A model generated the notes under the pieces. It was not told the origin of the DNA and searched no databases. It saw only the letters and a list, made by a program, of their open reading frames with translations. Source: an uncultured Acidobacteriota bacterium (GTDB lineage Bacteria; Acidobacteriota; Thermoanaerobaculia; Gp7-AA8). From it: a stretch of 64,000 bases of DNA. Below, piece by piece: positions 29,141-39,350 of the stretch (the stretch's first letter is position 1; the number at the start of each line of letters is the position of its first letter). Where the stretch lies: assembly GCA_963741955.1 (NCBI GenBank), contig CAVUKB010000007.1, forward strand, positions 640,001-704,000, in the 5' to 3' direction. The translations under genes and the position numbers were made by a program.

Positions 29141-29601
29141 CAACGAAACTCGCTCAGGCTCGTCGCCACCCCTGCGGCCGCGAGGAGCTGCAGCAGCATC
29201 AGGAGCATTGCCACTCCGTGCATCCGGCCGAAGTTCTCGCGGACCGGATCTTTTGGGCCGAGATTCTCGATGGCGACCGGGCTGCTCCGGCGGATCTCCT
29301 GCACCCGATAGTCCACCACCGCCTGGGCCGTGGCGAGCCCGATGGTGAAGGCGAGGACGATGATCCGGAAACCGCTGCCGAGCCGGTTGCGTGCCCACTC
29401 GATCACGATGAGCACCAGGGGAACGAGGAGAGAGATGAGACTCCAGGCGACGAGCATCACGCCGACGAAGTCGCCCGCGACGGACGGAGTCGGCGCGACC
29501 CGGAATGCGGCAGGTGCGGCGAAAGCAGCGAGGAAGATGCCGCCGCCGAGCCAGAGGGCGAGGAGGATCTGGACAAAGAAGCGGAGGATACGGTCCATCA
29601 T
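29122..29601 (-). CDS. DUF4149/TMEM205-like membrane protein
   Basis: LWLGG..F...AAP.AF motif, four TM segments and F..MHG. Confidence 0.75.
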   Translation of the reverse strand: MMDRILRFFVQILLALWLGGGIFLAAFAAPAAFRVAPTPSVAGDFVGVMLVAWSLISLLVPLVLIVIEWARNRLGSGFRIIVLAFTIGLATAQAVVDYRVQEIRRSSPVAIENLGPKDPVRENFGRMHGVAMLLMLLQLLAAAGVATSLSEFRWRETRG

Positions 29602-30659
29602 CGAAACAGTGCGCCGATCGAATGTTCGTAAGGGGCCTTCAGAACTCCGCGCTCGGTGATGATTGCGGAGACCAGGCGAGCGGGGGTGACGTCGAATGCC
29701 GGATGTCGGGCCTTGACTCCCGCAGGGGCGATTGAAACGCGGTGGAACACACCACTCTCATCGCATCCTCCGACGTGCGTCACCTCGTCGGGGTTTCGCT
29801 CCTCGATCGGAATCGCGTCTCCCGTTTCACAGCGGCGGTCGATGGTGGAGAGAGGAGCCGCGACATAGAACGGGACTTTGTGCTCGTGCGCGAGAACCGC
29901 GAGGGTGTACGTTCCAATCTTGTTCGCCACGTCTCCGTTCGCAGCGATCCGGTCGGCGCCGACGATCACCGCATCGAACGAGCCGCGGCTGAAGAAATAG
30001 CCGGCCATGTCGTCGGCGATCAGGGTGACGTCGATCCCTTCCTGCTGCAGCTCCCAGGCAGTGAGTCGCGCTCCCTGCAGCCAGGGGCGGGTCTCGTCCG
30101 CGTAGACGTGGATCTTCTTTCCCGCGCGGTGTGCGCAGCGGATCACCCCGAGGGCGGTTCCGAAACCGCTGGTGGCGAGTGCGCCGGCGTTGCAGTGCGT
30201 CAGGACGGTCGTCTCTTCCTGCAGGAGGCGGTTGCCGTACTCGCCGATCTTCCGGTTCGCTTCCAGATCCTCCTCGAACATCCGAACGGCCTCTGCGGCC
30301 AGGCGGTCGCCGAGGAGGGCGCGTCCGTCGTGAGAGAAACGCTCGAGTGCGGAAAGCATTCGGTCGATCGCCCACCCGAGGTTCACCGCTGTCGGCCGCG
30401 TTGCGCGAAGGAGCTCGGCGCCTTTGCTGACCCTGTCCGCAACCTCATTTTCCGGCACGGCCGCGGCGGCGAGGGCGATTCCGAACGCCGCGCAGACCCC
30501 GATGGCAGGGGCGCCCCGCACCGCCATCTCGCGGATGGCGTTCGCGACCTCGTGCTCGTCGCGGCACGTGAGGTGGCGAACCTCGTGCGGCAGGAGGCGC
30601 TGATCGAGAAGAATCAGCTGGCCTCTGCGCCATTCGATCGGAACGACTTCCCTCGGCAT
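29598..30659 (-). CDS. mtnA: S-methyl-5-thioribose-1-phosphate isomerase
   Basis: LDQRLLP, MAVRGAPAIG, RPTAVNL, THCNAGALAT, ETRP.LQGARLT and ANKIGT. Confidence 0.96.
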   Translation of the reverse strand: MPREVVPIEWRRGQLILLDQRLLPHEVRHLTCRDEHEVANAIREMAVRGAPAIGVCAAFGIALAAAAVPENEVADRVSKGAELLRATRPTAVNLGWAIDRMLSALERFSHDGRALLGDRLAAEAVRMFEEDLEANRKIGEYGNRLLQEETTVLTHCNAGALATSGFGTALGVIRCAHRAGKKIHVYADETRPWLQGARLTAWELQQEGIDVTLIADDMAGYFFSRGSFDAVIVGADRIAANGDVANKIGTYTLAVLAHEHKVPFYVAAPLSTIDRRCETGDAIPIEERNPDEVTHVGGCDESGVFHRVSIAPAGVKARHPAFDVTPARLVSAIITERGVLKAPYEHSIGALFR

Positions 30660-30783
30660 CCGAACCGTTATACTACACGCTCGCGCGGGACTGGTGCGCA
30701 CAGAGCGGGATTCTTCACGAGCTCCGTCACTGCCGGACCGCGGGACAGAAATTGCAAACGCGAAACAACGCGGAGGGAGTCAA

Positions 30784-31815
30784 ATGGTACGCGTAGGAAT
30801 CAATGGATTTGGACGAATTGGCCGAAACGTGGTTCGCGCTGCGCTCAGGCGCGGAAGCGACGTCGAATTCGTCGCAGTCAACGATCTGACCGACGCCGGC
30901 ACGCTGGCGTATCTCCTCAAATACGATTCGGTGCACGGCATTCTTCCGAACAAGGTCGTCGCGGAGGAAGGCTCCATCGCGGTCGACGGAAAGTCTATCC
31001 GCATCTTCTCGTCGCCCGACCCGGCCGAGATCCCGTGGAGCGAGCTCGGTGCCGAGATCGTGGTCGAGTCGACCGGACGCTTCACGACGAAGGAAAAGGC
31101 GGAGCGCCACATCAAAGGAACCGTGGAGACGGTGATCATCTCCGCTCCGTCGAAGAATGCGGACGCGACGATCTGTCTCGGCGTCAACGAGAAGACGTTC
31201 GACCCGACGAAGCACAAGGTCATCTCGAACGCTTCGTGCACCACCAACTGTCTCGCCCCGGTGGCGAAGGTCCTGCACGAGAAGTTCACCATCACCAGCG
31301 GACTGATGACCACCATTCACTCGTACACCAATGACCAGGAGATTCTCGACCTTCCGCACAAGGACCGCCGGCGTGGTCGTGCCGCGGCGCTGTCGATGAT
31401 CCCCACCACCACCGGCGCGGCTGCGGCAGTCGGACTGGTGCTTCCGGAGCTGAAGGGAAAGTTCGACGGGATCTCGGTTCGCGTCCCGACTCCGAACGTC
31501 TCTCTGGTCGACCTGACCTTCTCCACCGAGAAGGCCACCAGCGTCGACGAGATCAATCAGATGCTGCGCGAAGCGGCGGACGGACCGCTGAAGGGAATCT
31601 TGTCGTACTCCGACGAGCAGCTCGTGTCGATCGATTTCAACGGCAATCCGAGCTCCTCGATCGTCGACACGACCTTCACCCGCTCGGTCAGTCCGCACGA
31701 CCACAAGGTGCTCGCGTGGTACGACAACGAGTGGGGCTACTCGAACCGCGTGCTCGACCTGATCACCTGGGTCGCCGAAGTGAAGCGAAGCTCGGTGGCA
31801 ACCAGCGGACGCTGA
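30784..31815 (+). CDS. gap: Glyceraldehyde-3-phosphate dehydrogenase (type I)
   Basis: GINGFGRIGR, SNASCTTNCLAP and WYDNEWGYS. Confidence 0.98.
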   Translation: MVRVGINGFGRIGRNVVRAALRRGSDVEFVAVNDLTDAGTLAYLLKYDSVHGILPNKVVAEEGSIAVDGKSIRIFSSPDPAEIPWSELGAEIVVESTGRFTTKEKAERHIKGTVETVIISAPSKNADATICLGVNEKTFDPTKHKVISNASCTTNCLAPVAKVLHEKFTITSGLMTTIHSYTNDQEILDLPHKDRRRGRAAALSMIPTTTGAAAAVGLVLPELKGKFDGISVRVPTPNVSLVDLTFSTEKATSVDEINQMLREAADGPLKGILSYSDEQLVSIDFNGNPSSSIVDTTFTRSVSPHDHKVLAWYDNEWGYSNRVLDLITWVAEVKRSSVATSGR

Positions 31816-31831
31816 GAAAGGCCTGAAGCCG

Positions 31832-33046
31832 ATGTCCAAGATACCTGTCGTCGACGAGCTCGAGCTCGACGGGGCGCGAGTCTTCTATCGTGTCGATTAC
31901 AACGTGCCGCTGGAAGGAGGAGAGGTCGGTGACGTTACCCGCATCGAGGGGACCATCCCGACGCTGCATCTTCTCCGGGAGCGGGGGGCGAAGGTCATCA
32001 TCGCCAGTCATCTCGGCCGGCCCAAGGGTCAACGGAACGAGAAGTATTCTCTCGCTCCGGTGCGTGAGAAGCTGGCGGAGATCCTCGGGCGCGACGTGAA
32101 GTGGGCCAGCGACTGCGTCGGCGAAGAAGCCGAGCGGCTGTCGGCGGAGCTCTCGCCGGGGGAGATTCTCCTTCTCGAGAATCTCCGCTTTCATCCCGGT
32201 GAGGAGAAGAACGATCAGGAGTTCGCGAAGGGTCTGCGCAAGCTTGCCGACTACTACGTGAACGACGCGTTCGGCGCGTCTCATCGCGCCCATGCGTCGA
32301 TCGTCGCTCTGCCGGAGCTCTTTCCGGCGAACTGCATCGCCGGCGGATTGCTCCTGGCGAAGGAGCTCGAGTTTCTCGAACGGGTGGTGAAGGTCGAAGA
32401 GTCCGATCGTCCTTTCGTCGCGGTGCTCGGCGGAGCGAAGATCGCCGGGAAGATCGAGCCGCTCGAGGCGATGGTGAAGATCGCCGACACTCTTCTTATC
32501 GGTGGAGGGATGGCGAACACGTTTCTCGCGGCGAGAGGTGTCGCGATGGGAGCGTCGCTCGTCGACGCCGACTCGCTGGAGATCGCGAAACGTCTGCTCG
32601 AAGGGAAGAGCCGCGCCACGATCATTCTGCCGCAGGACGTGGTGGTGACCGACTCGCTCGATGCCCCCACCGCGATCCGGACTCTCGACGTCGAGGCAGG
32701 TCTCGACCCGGGACAGATGGCGGTCGACATCGGCATGCGGACGGTGATGGCGTTCGACGACGTCATCGCTGGTGCGAAGACGCTCTTCTGGAATGGTCCG
32801 ATGGGAGTGTTCGAGCGAGAGCAGTTCGCCGAAGGGACTCGCTCGATCGCGAAAGCGGTCGCGCAGTCGGATGCCATCTCCATCGTCGGAGGGGGCGAAT
32901 CGGTCGAAGCGGTCAAGGAGAGCGGATACGCCGACAGGATCAGCCACATCTCGACCGGGGGAGGCGCGTCGCTGGAATTCATCTCCGGGGCCTCCCTCCC
33001 CGGCGTGGAGGTGCTGCGGAAGGCGGCGAATGGCGCAGGAGATTGA
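31832..33046 (+). CDS. pgk: Phosphoglycerate kinase
   Basis: RVDYNVP, SHLGRP, LENLRF, NDAFG..HRAHAS and STGGGASLE. Confidence 0.98.
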   Translation: MSKIPVVDELELDGARVFYRVDYNVPLEGGEVGDVTRIEGTIPTLHLLRERGAKVIIASHLGRPKGQRNEKYSLAPVREKLAEILGRDVKWASDCVGEEAERLSAELSPGEILLLENLRFHPGEEKNDQEFAKGLRKLADYYVNDAFGASHRAHASIVALPELFPANCIAGGLLLAKELEFLERVVKVEESDRPFVAVLGGAKIAGKIEPLEAMVKIADTLLIGGGMANTFLAARGVAMGASLVDADSLEIAKRLLEGKSRATIILPQDVVVTDSLDAPTAIRTLDVEAGLDPGQMAVDIGMRTVMAFDDVIAGAKTLFWNGPMGVFEREQFAEGTRSIAKAVAQSDAISIVGGGESVEAVKESGYADRISHISTGGGASLEFISGASLPGVEVLRKAANGAGD

Positions 33047-33596
33047 GGTCAAGTTCTCCCTGCAGGATCGCTCGAGTCTGATCTCCCGGCTGGTCGAGCT
33101 CGGTGGAGATCAGCTCTACCCGGAGACTTTCGAGGACAACATCATTCTCGACCGGAGAGGTGAGCTGCGCACGCGAGGCTCGGTTCTCCGGATCCGCAAG
33201 TTCGGGAAATACGTTCTCGTCACGTACAAAGGGCCCGTCTCGTTCGAGAGCGGCGTCAAGTCGCGCGAAGAGGTTCAGACCGGCATCGAGAGCTTCGAGC
33301 GTGCCATCGCTCTCTTCGAAGCGCTCGGCTTCCGTCCCGTTTTCCGCTATCAGAAGTTCCGTGAGGTATGGCGCGTGCAGGGAGTGGAAGTGGTGCTCGA
33401 CCGGACTCCGATCGGCGATTACTTCGAGATCGAAGGTCCGCTCGAGCTGATCCGGAACGTGGTCGGAACTCTCGGGTTGAACATGGACGACGCGATTCGC
33501 GCGACGTACGCTGATCTGTATCGGCAGCAGCGGAGGACTCGTGGCGATCTTCCCGGGAACATGATCTTCGATCCGAAGGACTTCCCGACGGCATGA
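33030..33596 (+). CDS. CYTH domain protein (class IV adenylate cyclase-like)
   Basis: EIEVKF, LRIR, TYKGP, YQKFRE and FEIEG. Confidence 0.9.
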   Translation: MAQEIEVKFSLQDRSSLISRLVELGGDQLYPETFEDNIILDRRGELRTRGSVLRIRKFGKYVLVTYKGPVSFESGVKSREEVQTGIESFERAIALFEALGFRPVFRYQKFREVWRVQGVEVVLDRTPIGDYFEIEGPLELIRNVVGTLGLNMDDAIRATYADLYRQQRRTRGDLPGNMIFDPKDFPTA

Positions 33597-34651
33597 GAGC
33601 AATGATCCTCGCGGCAGGGTACGGAACGCGCTTCCGTCCGGTCACCCATCAGTATCCGAAGCCGATGCTTCCGCTCTGCCTCCGGCCTCTGATCTCGTGG
33701 GCAATCGAGCCCCTCCTCGCGGCGGGGGTGAAAGAGATCGCCGTCAACCTCCACCACCTTCCCGACTTCATCGAGCGTTATCTGCGCGGCCGGTACGCGA
33801 GCTGCTGTGAGCTGTACTTCTCTCGCGAGGAGGAGATTCTGGGGACTGGCGGCGGAATCCGCCGCGCGCGCCCGTTTCTCGACCGTGGGGATTCCTTCTT
33901 CGTGGTCAACGGCGATACGATCCAGTTTCCCCCGTGGAACGAGCTCGAAGCCTCGCGCAGACGGCAAGATGCGATCTCGGCACTCTGCCTGAGACATCCG
34001 CCGGAGGACGACCGCTTCACGCCGGTCTGGTTCGATGGAGAAGAAGTCACCGGGTTCGGCGAAGGAAGAGGTCGAGCTCTGATGTTCTCCGGCTCGCACG
34101 CTCTCTCGACGCGCGTGTTCGATCTTCTTCCCGATCGCGACTTCTCCGGCATCACCGAGCACGTCTACGCGCCGGTCACGAGGAATGGCTCGGAGCGGCT
34201 CGCGGGCGTGGTGGATGACGGGCTCTGGTTCGACATCGGAACGCCGCGGAGATATCTCGAGGCTTCGGATCGGATCCGTGCACTCACGGTGAGCGGATCA
34301 CTCGCACTTCCTCCCGCGGCGCGTGTCGATCACGAAACGGAGAGCGTCGTGGCGGACAATGCAGTCCTCTCGCGACAGTCACGCAGAGTCACCGCAGGGG
34401 TCGGGGCACGGGTCGAAGAGGGAGCGGAGCTCACCGGGAGCGTGATCTGGAGAGGCGTCTCGATCGGCAGGGGCGCGCGCGTGCATGGATGCATCATCAC
34501 CGACGACGTGGTGATCCCCCCCGGACGACGGATGGAGAACGCGCTGGTCTGCTGCACCGATGGGCTCGACGATCTTCCCCCCGAAGCGACGCTCTGCGAC
34601 GAGCTGGTGGTGCAACCGATCGATCCTGCCTGCCCGATGATCTGCGACTGA
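33593..34651 (+). CDS. NDP-sugar synthase/nucleotidyltransferase with hexapeptide repeats
   Basis: MILAAGYGTRFRP..PKPM, EEEILGTGG, VNGD, WFDIGT and C-terminal LbH-type repeats. Confidence 0.9.
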   Translation: MRAMILAAGYGTRFRPVTHQYPKPMLPLCLRPLISWAIEPLLAAGVKEIAVNLHHLPDFIERYLRGRYASCCELYFSREEEILGTGGGIRRARPFLDRGDSFFVVNGDTIQFPPWNELEASRRRQDAISALCLRHPPEDDRFTPVWFDGEEVTGFGEGRGRALMFSGSHALSTRVFDLLPDRDFSGITEHVYAPVTRNGSERLAGVVDDGLWFDIGTPRRYLEASDRIRALTVSGSLALPPAARVDHETESVVADNAVLSRQSRRVTAGVGARVEEGAELTGSVIWRGVSIGRGARVHGCIITDDVVIPPGRRMENALVCCTDGLDDLPPEATLCDELVVQPIDPACPMICD

Positions 34652-34656
34652 TTCCG

Positions 34657-34672
34657 TGGCTCACATGTTGCA
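34657..34672 (+). promoter_or_regulatory. Sigma-54 promoter (-24/-12)
   Basis: TGGCTCACATGTTGCA matches TGGCAC-N5-TTGCA with exact GG-GC spacing, about 30 bp upstream of the start. Confidence 0.65.
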
Positions 34673-34701
34673 CCCTCGCGCGACAGGAAAGGGGGCATCC
34701 T

Positions 34702-35433
34702 GTGAGCGAAACGCGCGCGGAACCGCGAACCGAAGCAGTGTCTTTCACCAGGGACGACGTGCTGAAAATCTTCAGCGTCCTTTCGCACGATCTGAAATCC
34801 CCGATCTTTTCGATCGACGGATTCAGCGATCTCCTTCTTTCCGATTACGAAGAGAAGCTCGACGAAGAAGGAATCGATTTTCTTCGACGCATCCGCGCCA
34901 GCGCGCAGCAGATGCGGAAGATCGTCGACGAGATGTCGTCGCTCCTGAAAATTCTCGCTCGCCCCGACGCGAAAACCGTAGTCAGCCTCGGCGAGATCGT
35001 CCGTGCGGTGAGAATGAAATGCAACTATCAGATCGAAGAGGGAGGGGTCGAATTCAGCTACCCCGAGGATCTTCCCGACATCTACGGTGACCCGGAGAAG
35101 ATCCAGGCAGTGATCACCGCGCTGGTCTCGAACGCCCTCACGTTCAGCGACAGGGAGCCCGGCGACCGGCGGATCACTCTCACCTACGACCGATTCGGTG
35201 AAGAAGACCGCCTCTGCGTCATCGACAACGGAATCGGAATCGACGAGCGTTTCCAGGCGCAGATTTTCGACCTCGGACTCAAGCTCGACAAGAGCCGCGG
35301 CGACGGACCGGGTTACGGCCTCTTCCTCGCGCGCAAGATCGCCGAGGGCCACGGAGGCTCACTCACGGTCGACTCGAAGCCCGGAGAAGGAGCCCGCTTC
35401 TGCATCCTCCTTCCTGCCGAACCCGCGGAGTGA
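34702..35433 (+). CDS. Histidine kinase without a sensor domain (HisKA + HATPase)
   Basis: LSHDLKSP, LVSNA, DNGIGI and GPGYGL. Confidence 0.88.
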   Translation: MSETRAEPRTEAVSFTRDDVLKIFSVLSHDLKSPIFSIDGFSDLLLSDYEEKLDEEGIDFLRRIRASAQQMRKIVDEMSSLLKILARPDAKTVVSLGEIVRAVRMKCNYQIEEGGVEFSYPEDLPDIYGDPEKIQAVITALVSNALTFSDREPGDRRITLTYDRFGEEDRLCVIDNGIGIDERFQAQIFDLGLKLDKSRGDGPGYGLFLARKIAEGHGGSLTVDSKPGEGARFCILLPAEPAE

Positions 35434-36380
35434 CCCGCCCCAAGAAAGATTACCGCCGTGATGTGGTGCGGATCCTCTGATCCGCCGCGCAGATCATGTT
35501 CGGAAGGGATCGAGAGGATGTGTGAGGCAGCAGCGAAGCCGGCGCCGCCACGACCCGCCCCACAGAAGATTACCGCCGTGATGTGGTGCGGATCCTCCGA
35601 TCCGCGGCCGGGATCACGTTCGGAGCGGATCGAGAGGAGGCGTTGAAGCAGCAGCGAAGCCGGCGCCGCCACGACTCGCCCCAAAAAAAATTACCGCCGT
35701 GATGTGGTGCGGATCCTCTGATCCGCCGCAGGGATCACGTTCGGAGCGGATCGAGAGGATGTGTGAGGCAGCAGCGAAGCCGGCGCCGCCACGAGCCGCC
35801 CCACAGAAGATTACCGCCGTGATGGGGTGCGGATCCTCTGATCCGCCGCCGGGATCACGTTCGGAGCGGATCGAGAGGATGTGTGAGGCAGCAGCGAAGC
35901 CGGCACTCCGCGCTCGCGCGAATCCACGCCGTGATGGGGTGCGGATCCTCTGATCCGCCGCGCAGATCATGTTCGGAGCGGATCGAGAGGATGTGTGAGG
36001 CAGCAGCGAAGCCGGCGCCGCCACGACCCGCCCCTCAGAAGATTACCGCCGTGATGTGGTGCGGATCCTCTGATCCGCCGCGCAGATCACGTTCGGAGCG
36101 GATCGAGAGGATGTGTGAGGCAGCAGCGAAGCCGGCACTCCGCGCTCGCGCGAATCCACGCCGTGATGGGGTGCGGATCCTCTGATCCGCCGCGCAGATC
36201 ACGTTCGGAGCGGATCGAGAGGAGGCGTTGAAGCAGCAGCGAAGCCGGCACTCCGCGCTCGCGCGAATCCACGCCGTGATGGGGTGCGGATCCTCTGATC
36301 CGCCGCGCAGATCACGTTCGGAGCGGATCGAGAGGAGGCGTTGATGTAGCAGCGAAGCCGGCACTGACGCTCCGCGCTCG
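35433..36380. repeat. Eight tandem units of 112-121 bp with a REP-like hairpin (BIME-like array)
   Basis: GTGCGGATC-CTCT-GATCCGC at about 35466, 35586, 35707, 35827, 35939, 36059, 36171 and 36283. Confidence 0.92.
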
Positions 36381-36435
36381 GGAACGCGCACGCTGTTCGT
36401 CGCATACGACACGATCTTCGCCGTGCAGATCACCG

Positions 36436-36972
36436 TCATTCCGCCTCGTCGTCACCCTGATCCACGATCCGGATCCGCACTCTCCTGTTCGCCGCCCGGT
36501 CGACTCCGATCGCGTGAGCGGCCCGTCTCGACAGATCGATCACGAACCCGCCGGTGAACGGACCACGGTCATTTACCCGCACGCGGACTTTCCTGTGTGT
36601 CGCCTCCGACTCCACCTCGAGAACCGTCCCGAACGGCAGCGTCCGGTGCGCCGCAGTCAGCCGGTTCTGCCGGAATACCTCCCCACTCGCGGTTCTCCGC
36701 CCCTCGAGCGAGTCGGAGTAGTAGGAGGCTCTTCCTTCGAAGTCCCACGCCGGGGGAGCGATCTCTTCCGCGGGAGGCGCCATTCGGGGCCGCTCCCGGT
36801 TCTTCTTCTCGAGGTCATCCGGCGACAGAGGGTCCAGCCAGTAAGGATTCCCGCAGCCGATCTCGATCATCGGACGCGTTCCTGAATGGCAGAGCGATGG
36901 CGGGGCCGCGAAGGAAAAGGCCGAGCTCGACGCGACTGCCACTCCGATCAACGCGAGCCTGGCGGGAATCAT
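36436..36972 (-). CDS. RlpA-family septal ring lytic transglycosylase
   Basis: ASYY, TASGE, TAAHRTLPFGT, VNDRGPF and IDLS..AA. Confidence 0.92.
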   Translation of the reverse strand: MIPARLALIGVAVASSSAFSFAAPPSLCHSGTRPMIEIGCGNPYWLDPLSPDDLEKKNRERPRMAPPAEEIAPPAWDFEGRASYYSDSLEGRRTASGEVFRQNRLTAAHRTLPFGTVLEVESEATHRKVRVRVNDRGPFTGGFVIDLSRRAAHAIGVDRAANRRVRIRIVDQGDDEAE

Positions 36973-37056
36973 GCGAGTGATTGTACTTCGGGTCCGGGCG
37001 GCGGTTCGTGAATCCAGCTGTAAATATCTGAAAAAACGTGTCTTGCATTCTCTCTC

Positions 37057-37072
37057 TGGCGCATGCCTTGCA
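37057..37072 (+). promoter_or_regulatory. Sigma-54 promoter (-24/-12)
   Basis: TGGCGCATGCCTTGCA, preceded by an AT-rich tract and followed by a GGAGG RBS. Confidence 0.7.
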
Positions 37073-37104
37073 AGTTATTAGAGCTTGATGAGGGGAGGTG
37101 TCGA

Positions 37105-37899
37105 ATGAACGAACCGAGGACAAGACGCAGCTTCAAGCAGCGAGTCCTCGACGGCTTCGATCGCTCGAGGCTCCATGCCGAGGTGCGCAGTGTCCGCGGA
37201 GGGAGGAAGCGGACGGATCTCCGCAAGCGCTACGGCGCGATCGCCGTCGGCGCGATCGCGGTAGGGAGCGGTATGGCCGTTCCACTGCTGCAGCACGGAC
37301 AGGCGGGCGTCCAGACCCCGGAGATCCAGCCGCAGCCGGAGCAGACCGCGACCACGATCATCCAGCAGGTGACGAACGAGATTCCGAAGCCGAAACTCAC
37401 GCCGGAGCACCTGACGATCATTACCGAGAATACGAAGGAGAACTTCTTCAAGACCGAGATCCCGTTCGGCTCGATCATCTATCACGAGGCGAAGAAGAAT
37501 GATCTTCCGCCGGAACTGGTCGCGGCGGTCGTGCAGACCGAATCGCAGTTCAAGCCGACCGCACGCTCCGACCGGGGAGCGGTCGGTCTGATGCAGATGC
37601 TGCCTCGAACCGGGCGATGGATGGGCGCGAACAATCTCACCGATCCGGCCCAGAACGTGAAGGCCGGGGCGAAGTACCTCAAGTATCTGTCGGAGCGTTT
37701 CGATGGAAACGAGCGGAAGATGATCGCCGCTTACAATGCCGGCGAAGGTAACGTACGACGGTTCGGCGGAATCCCGCCATTCAAGGAGACGCGGGATTAC
37801 GTGCGGAAGGTTTTCGATGCACGGGAGGACTTTTCCAGCCAGGTTCAGGACCGCGTCGCGGATAACGTCAGCCGCGCGTTTCCCATCCTCGAACGATAG
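37105..37899 (+). CDS. SLT-family lytic transglycosylase with an N-terminal membrane anchor
   Basis: AVVQTESQF, GAVGLMQ, GAKYL, AAYNAGEG and ETRDYV. Confidence 0.93.
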   Translation: MNEPRTRRSFKQRVLDGFDRSRLHAEVRSVRGGRKRTDLRKRYGAIAVGAIAVGSGMAVPLLQHGQAGVQTPEIQPQPEQTATTIIQQVTNEIPKPKLTPEHLTIITENTKENFFKTEIPFGSIIYHEAKKNDLPPELVAAVVQTESQFKPTARSDRGAVGLMQMLPRTGRWMGANNLTDPAQNVKAGAKYLKYLSERFDGNERKMIAAYNAGEGNVRRFGGIPPFKETRDYVRKVFDAREDFSSQVQDRVADNVSRAFPILER

Positions 37900-38020
37900 G
37901 ATTCTACGTGGCGGAAGAGAGTCCCGCCGCTCCTCTTTCTCGCGGCCGCCACCGAGCGGACACCCTGGGCGCGGAATTGGTCACTGACGCCGGGAGGCGG
38001 AATGTGCTGAAATAGAGCCC

Positions 38021-38272
38021 ATGTCGGGACTGAGACTGGTGGTCGGCTTCGTGGTGATGGGTATTGCAGTGCCCATCGCCCTCTTCTATCTCCTCGCGCT
38101 CCACACCCTCAGCGAACTTTTCACGCTGGCGGCTACGACTTTCCTCGGGTGGGGAGTCGCGGAGCTCGCCGGAACGATTCTCTCCCGTACCCGTCTCGCC
38201 GATCGCAGCCCTTCCGGAGCCCTGCGCCAATGGGAGGTGCAGCAGGACGAAGAGCAGAAGAAAGAGAGTTGA
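38021..38272 (+). CDS. Small hypothetical membrane protein (2 TM)
   Basis: Two hydrophobic segments and a charged tail. Confidence 0.6.
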   Translation: MSGLRLVVGFVVMGIAVPIALFYLLALHTLSELFTLAATTFLGWGVAELAGTILSRTRLADRSPSGALRQWEVQQDEEQKKES

Positions 38273-38443
38273 CCGCGTCCGGAATCTTCGGGAACCTCGA
38301 GCGGCTGGCGTCCTGGGGCGCCGGCATCCCTGCCGGCTCGTGACGAGCGCCCCGCGCTCGTCACTCCTCTCATCAATACGAACGCGAGAATCGAACCCGT
38401 CGCGAGATCGAAGGCCGATCAGACCTCGGCGCCCGCCGGCGAA

Positions 38444-39295
38444 TCACTCCCCGTCCAACTTCTCCCGCTCCCACGGCCGGACCCACCGGTCCTCGTCCTG
38501 GTCGAGCGAAGGAAGCGGCACGGGACGACCGAGCTTCTTCAGCTGGTTGAACTCCCACAGCTTCGCGTACTTCCAGAACGCGTAGTACGTGTGCATCCCG
38601 ACGGTGATCAGTCCCGGCACTCCGTCGAGAAACCCGAGGTTGATGACGTAGTCCCGGAAGAAGCGGGCGAACGCGTGGCCGAAGATGTCGAGGAATCCAC
38701 TTTTCTTCCCGTGGATGAACTGCTGTGTCGCACCCCACATCCCGTAGCGGGTCATCTTCTCGATCATGTGGTCGAACGAGCGGATGTAGTTGTGCAGGAA
38801 CGTTCCGTTCAGACGCCCGATCGTGCCGTCGACGTCGAGGTCGGCGTGCACCCGGCGGTTTGGATAACGGGCGTGCCGTCGATGGAAAAAGCGCGTGACG
38901 CGGTCGCGCTGCAGGCCACTGTGGCGGACCGGCTTGCCGAGAATGAAGTTTTCCCGGCGGATCGAATAGCCCCAGAGGTCGGGTCCCTTCTCGAGCAGCC
39001 GCTCCACTTCCTTCCGCAGAGGCGGAGTCACTCTCTCGTCGGCGTCGACGAAGAGAATCCAATCGTGCTGCGCGTGATCGATGGCGAAGTTCTTCTGGGA
39101 CGCCGCGCCGAAGTATTCGTGCTGCTCGATGACGACGCCGGGGAACTTCTCCCGGACGAGCTCGACCGTGCCGTCCGTGGAGAACGAGTCCAGCAGGTAC
39201 ACCTCGTCGGCCCATTCGACCGAGCGGATGCACTCCTCGATCTGGTCGATCTCGTTGAACGTGGTGATCAGAGCGGAAACCGGAGTCCTGGCCAT
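38444..39295 (-). CDS. Glycosyltransferase family 2 (WaaE/LgtF-like)
   Basis: ITTFNE, DSFSTDGT, QKNFA and WILFVDADER. Confidence 0.92.
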   Translation of the reverse strand: MARTPVSALITTFNEIDQIEECIRSVEWADEVYLLDSFSTDGTVELVREKFPGVVIEQHEYFGAASQKNFAIDHAQHDWILFVDADERVTPPLRKEVERLLEKGPDLWGYSIRRENFILGKPVRHSGLQRDRVTRFFHRRHARYPNRRVHADLDVDGTIGRLNGTFLHNYIRSFDHMIEKMTRYGMWGATQQFIHGKKSGFLDIFGHAFARFFRDYVINLGFLDGVPGLITVGMHTYYAFWKYAKLWEFNQLKKLGRPVPLPSLDQDEDRWVRPWEREKLDGE

Positions 39296-39350
39296 CGGGC
39301 GCGTATTGTAGCGGGATGGAACCCGACCCGCCACCTGCTCCAGCCTTCGG

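Noticed and set aside
35433-36380. Possible CRISPR array
   Set aside because: The sequences between palindromes are near-identical rather than unique spacers, the period is too long, and there are no cas genes
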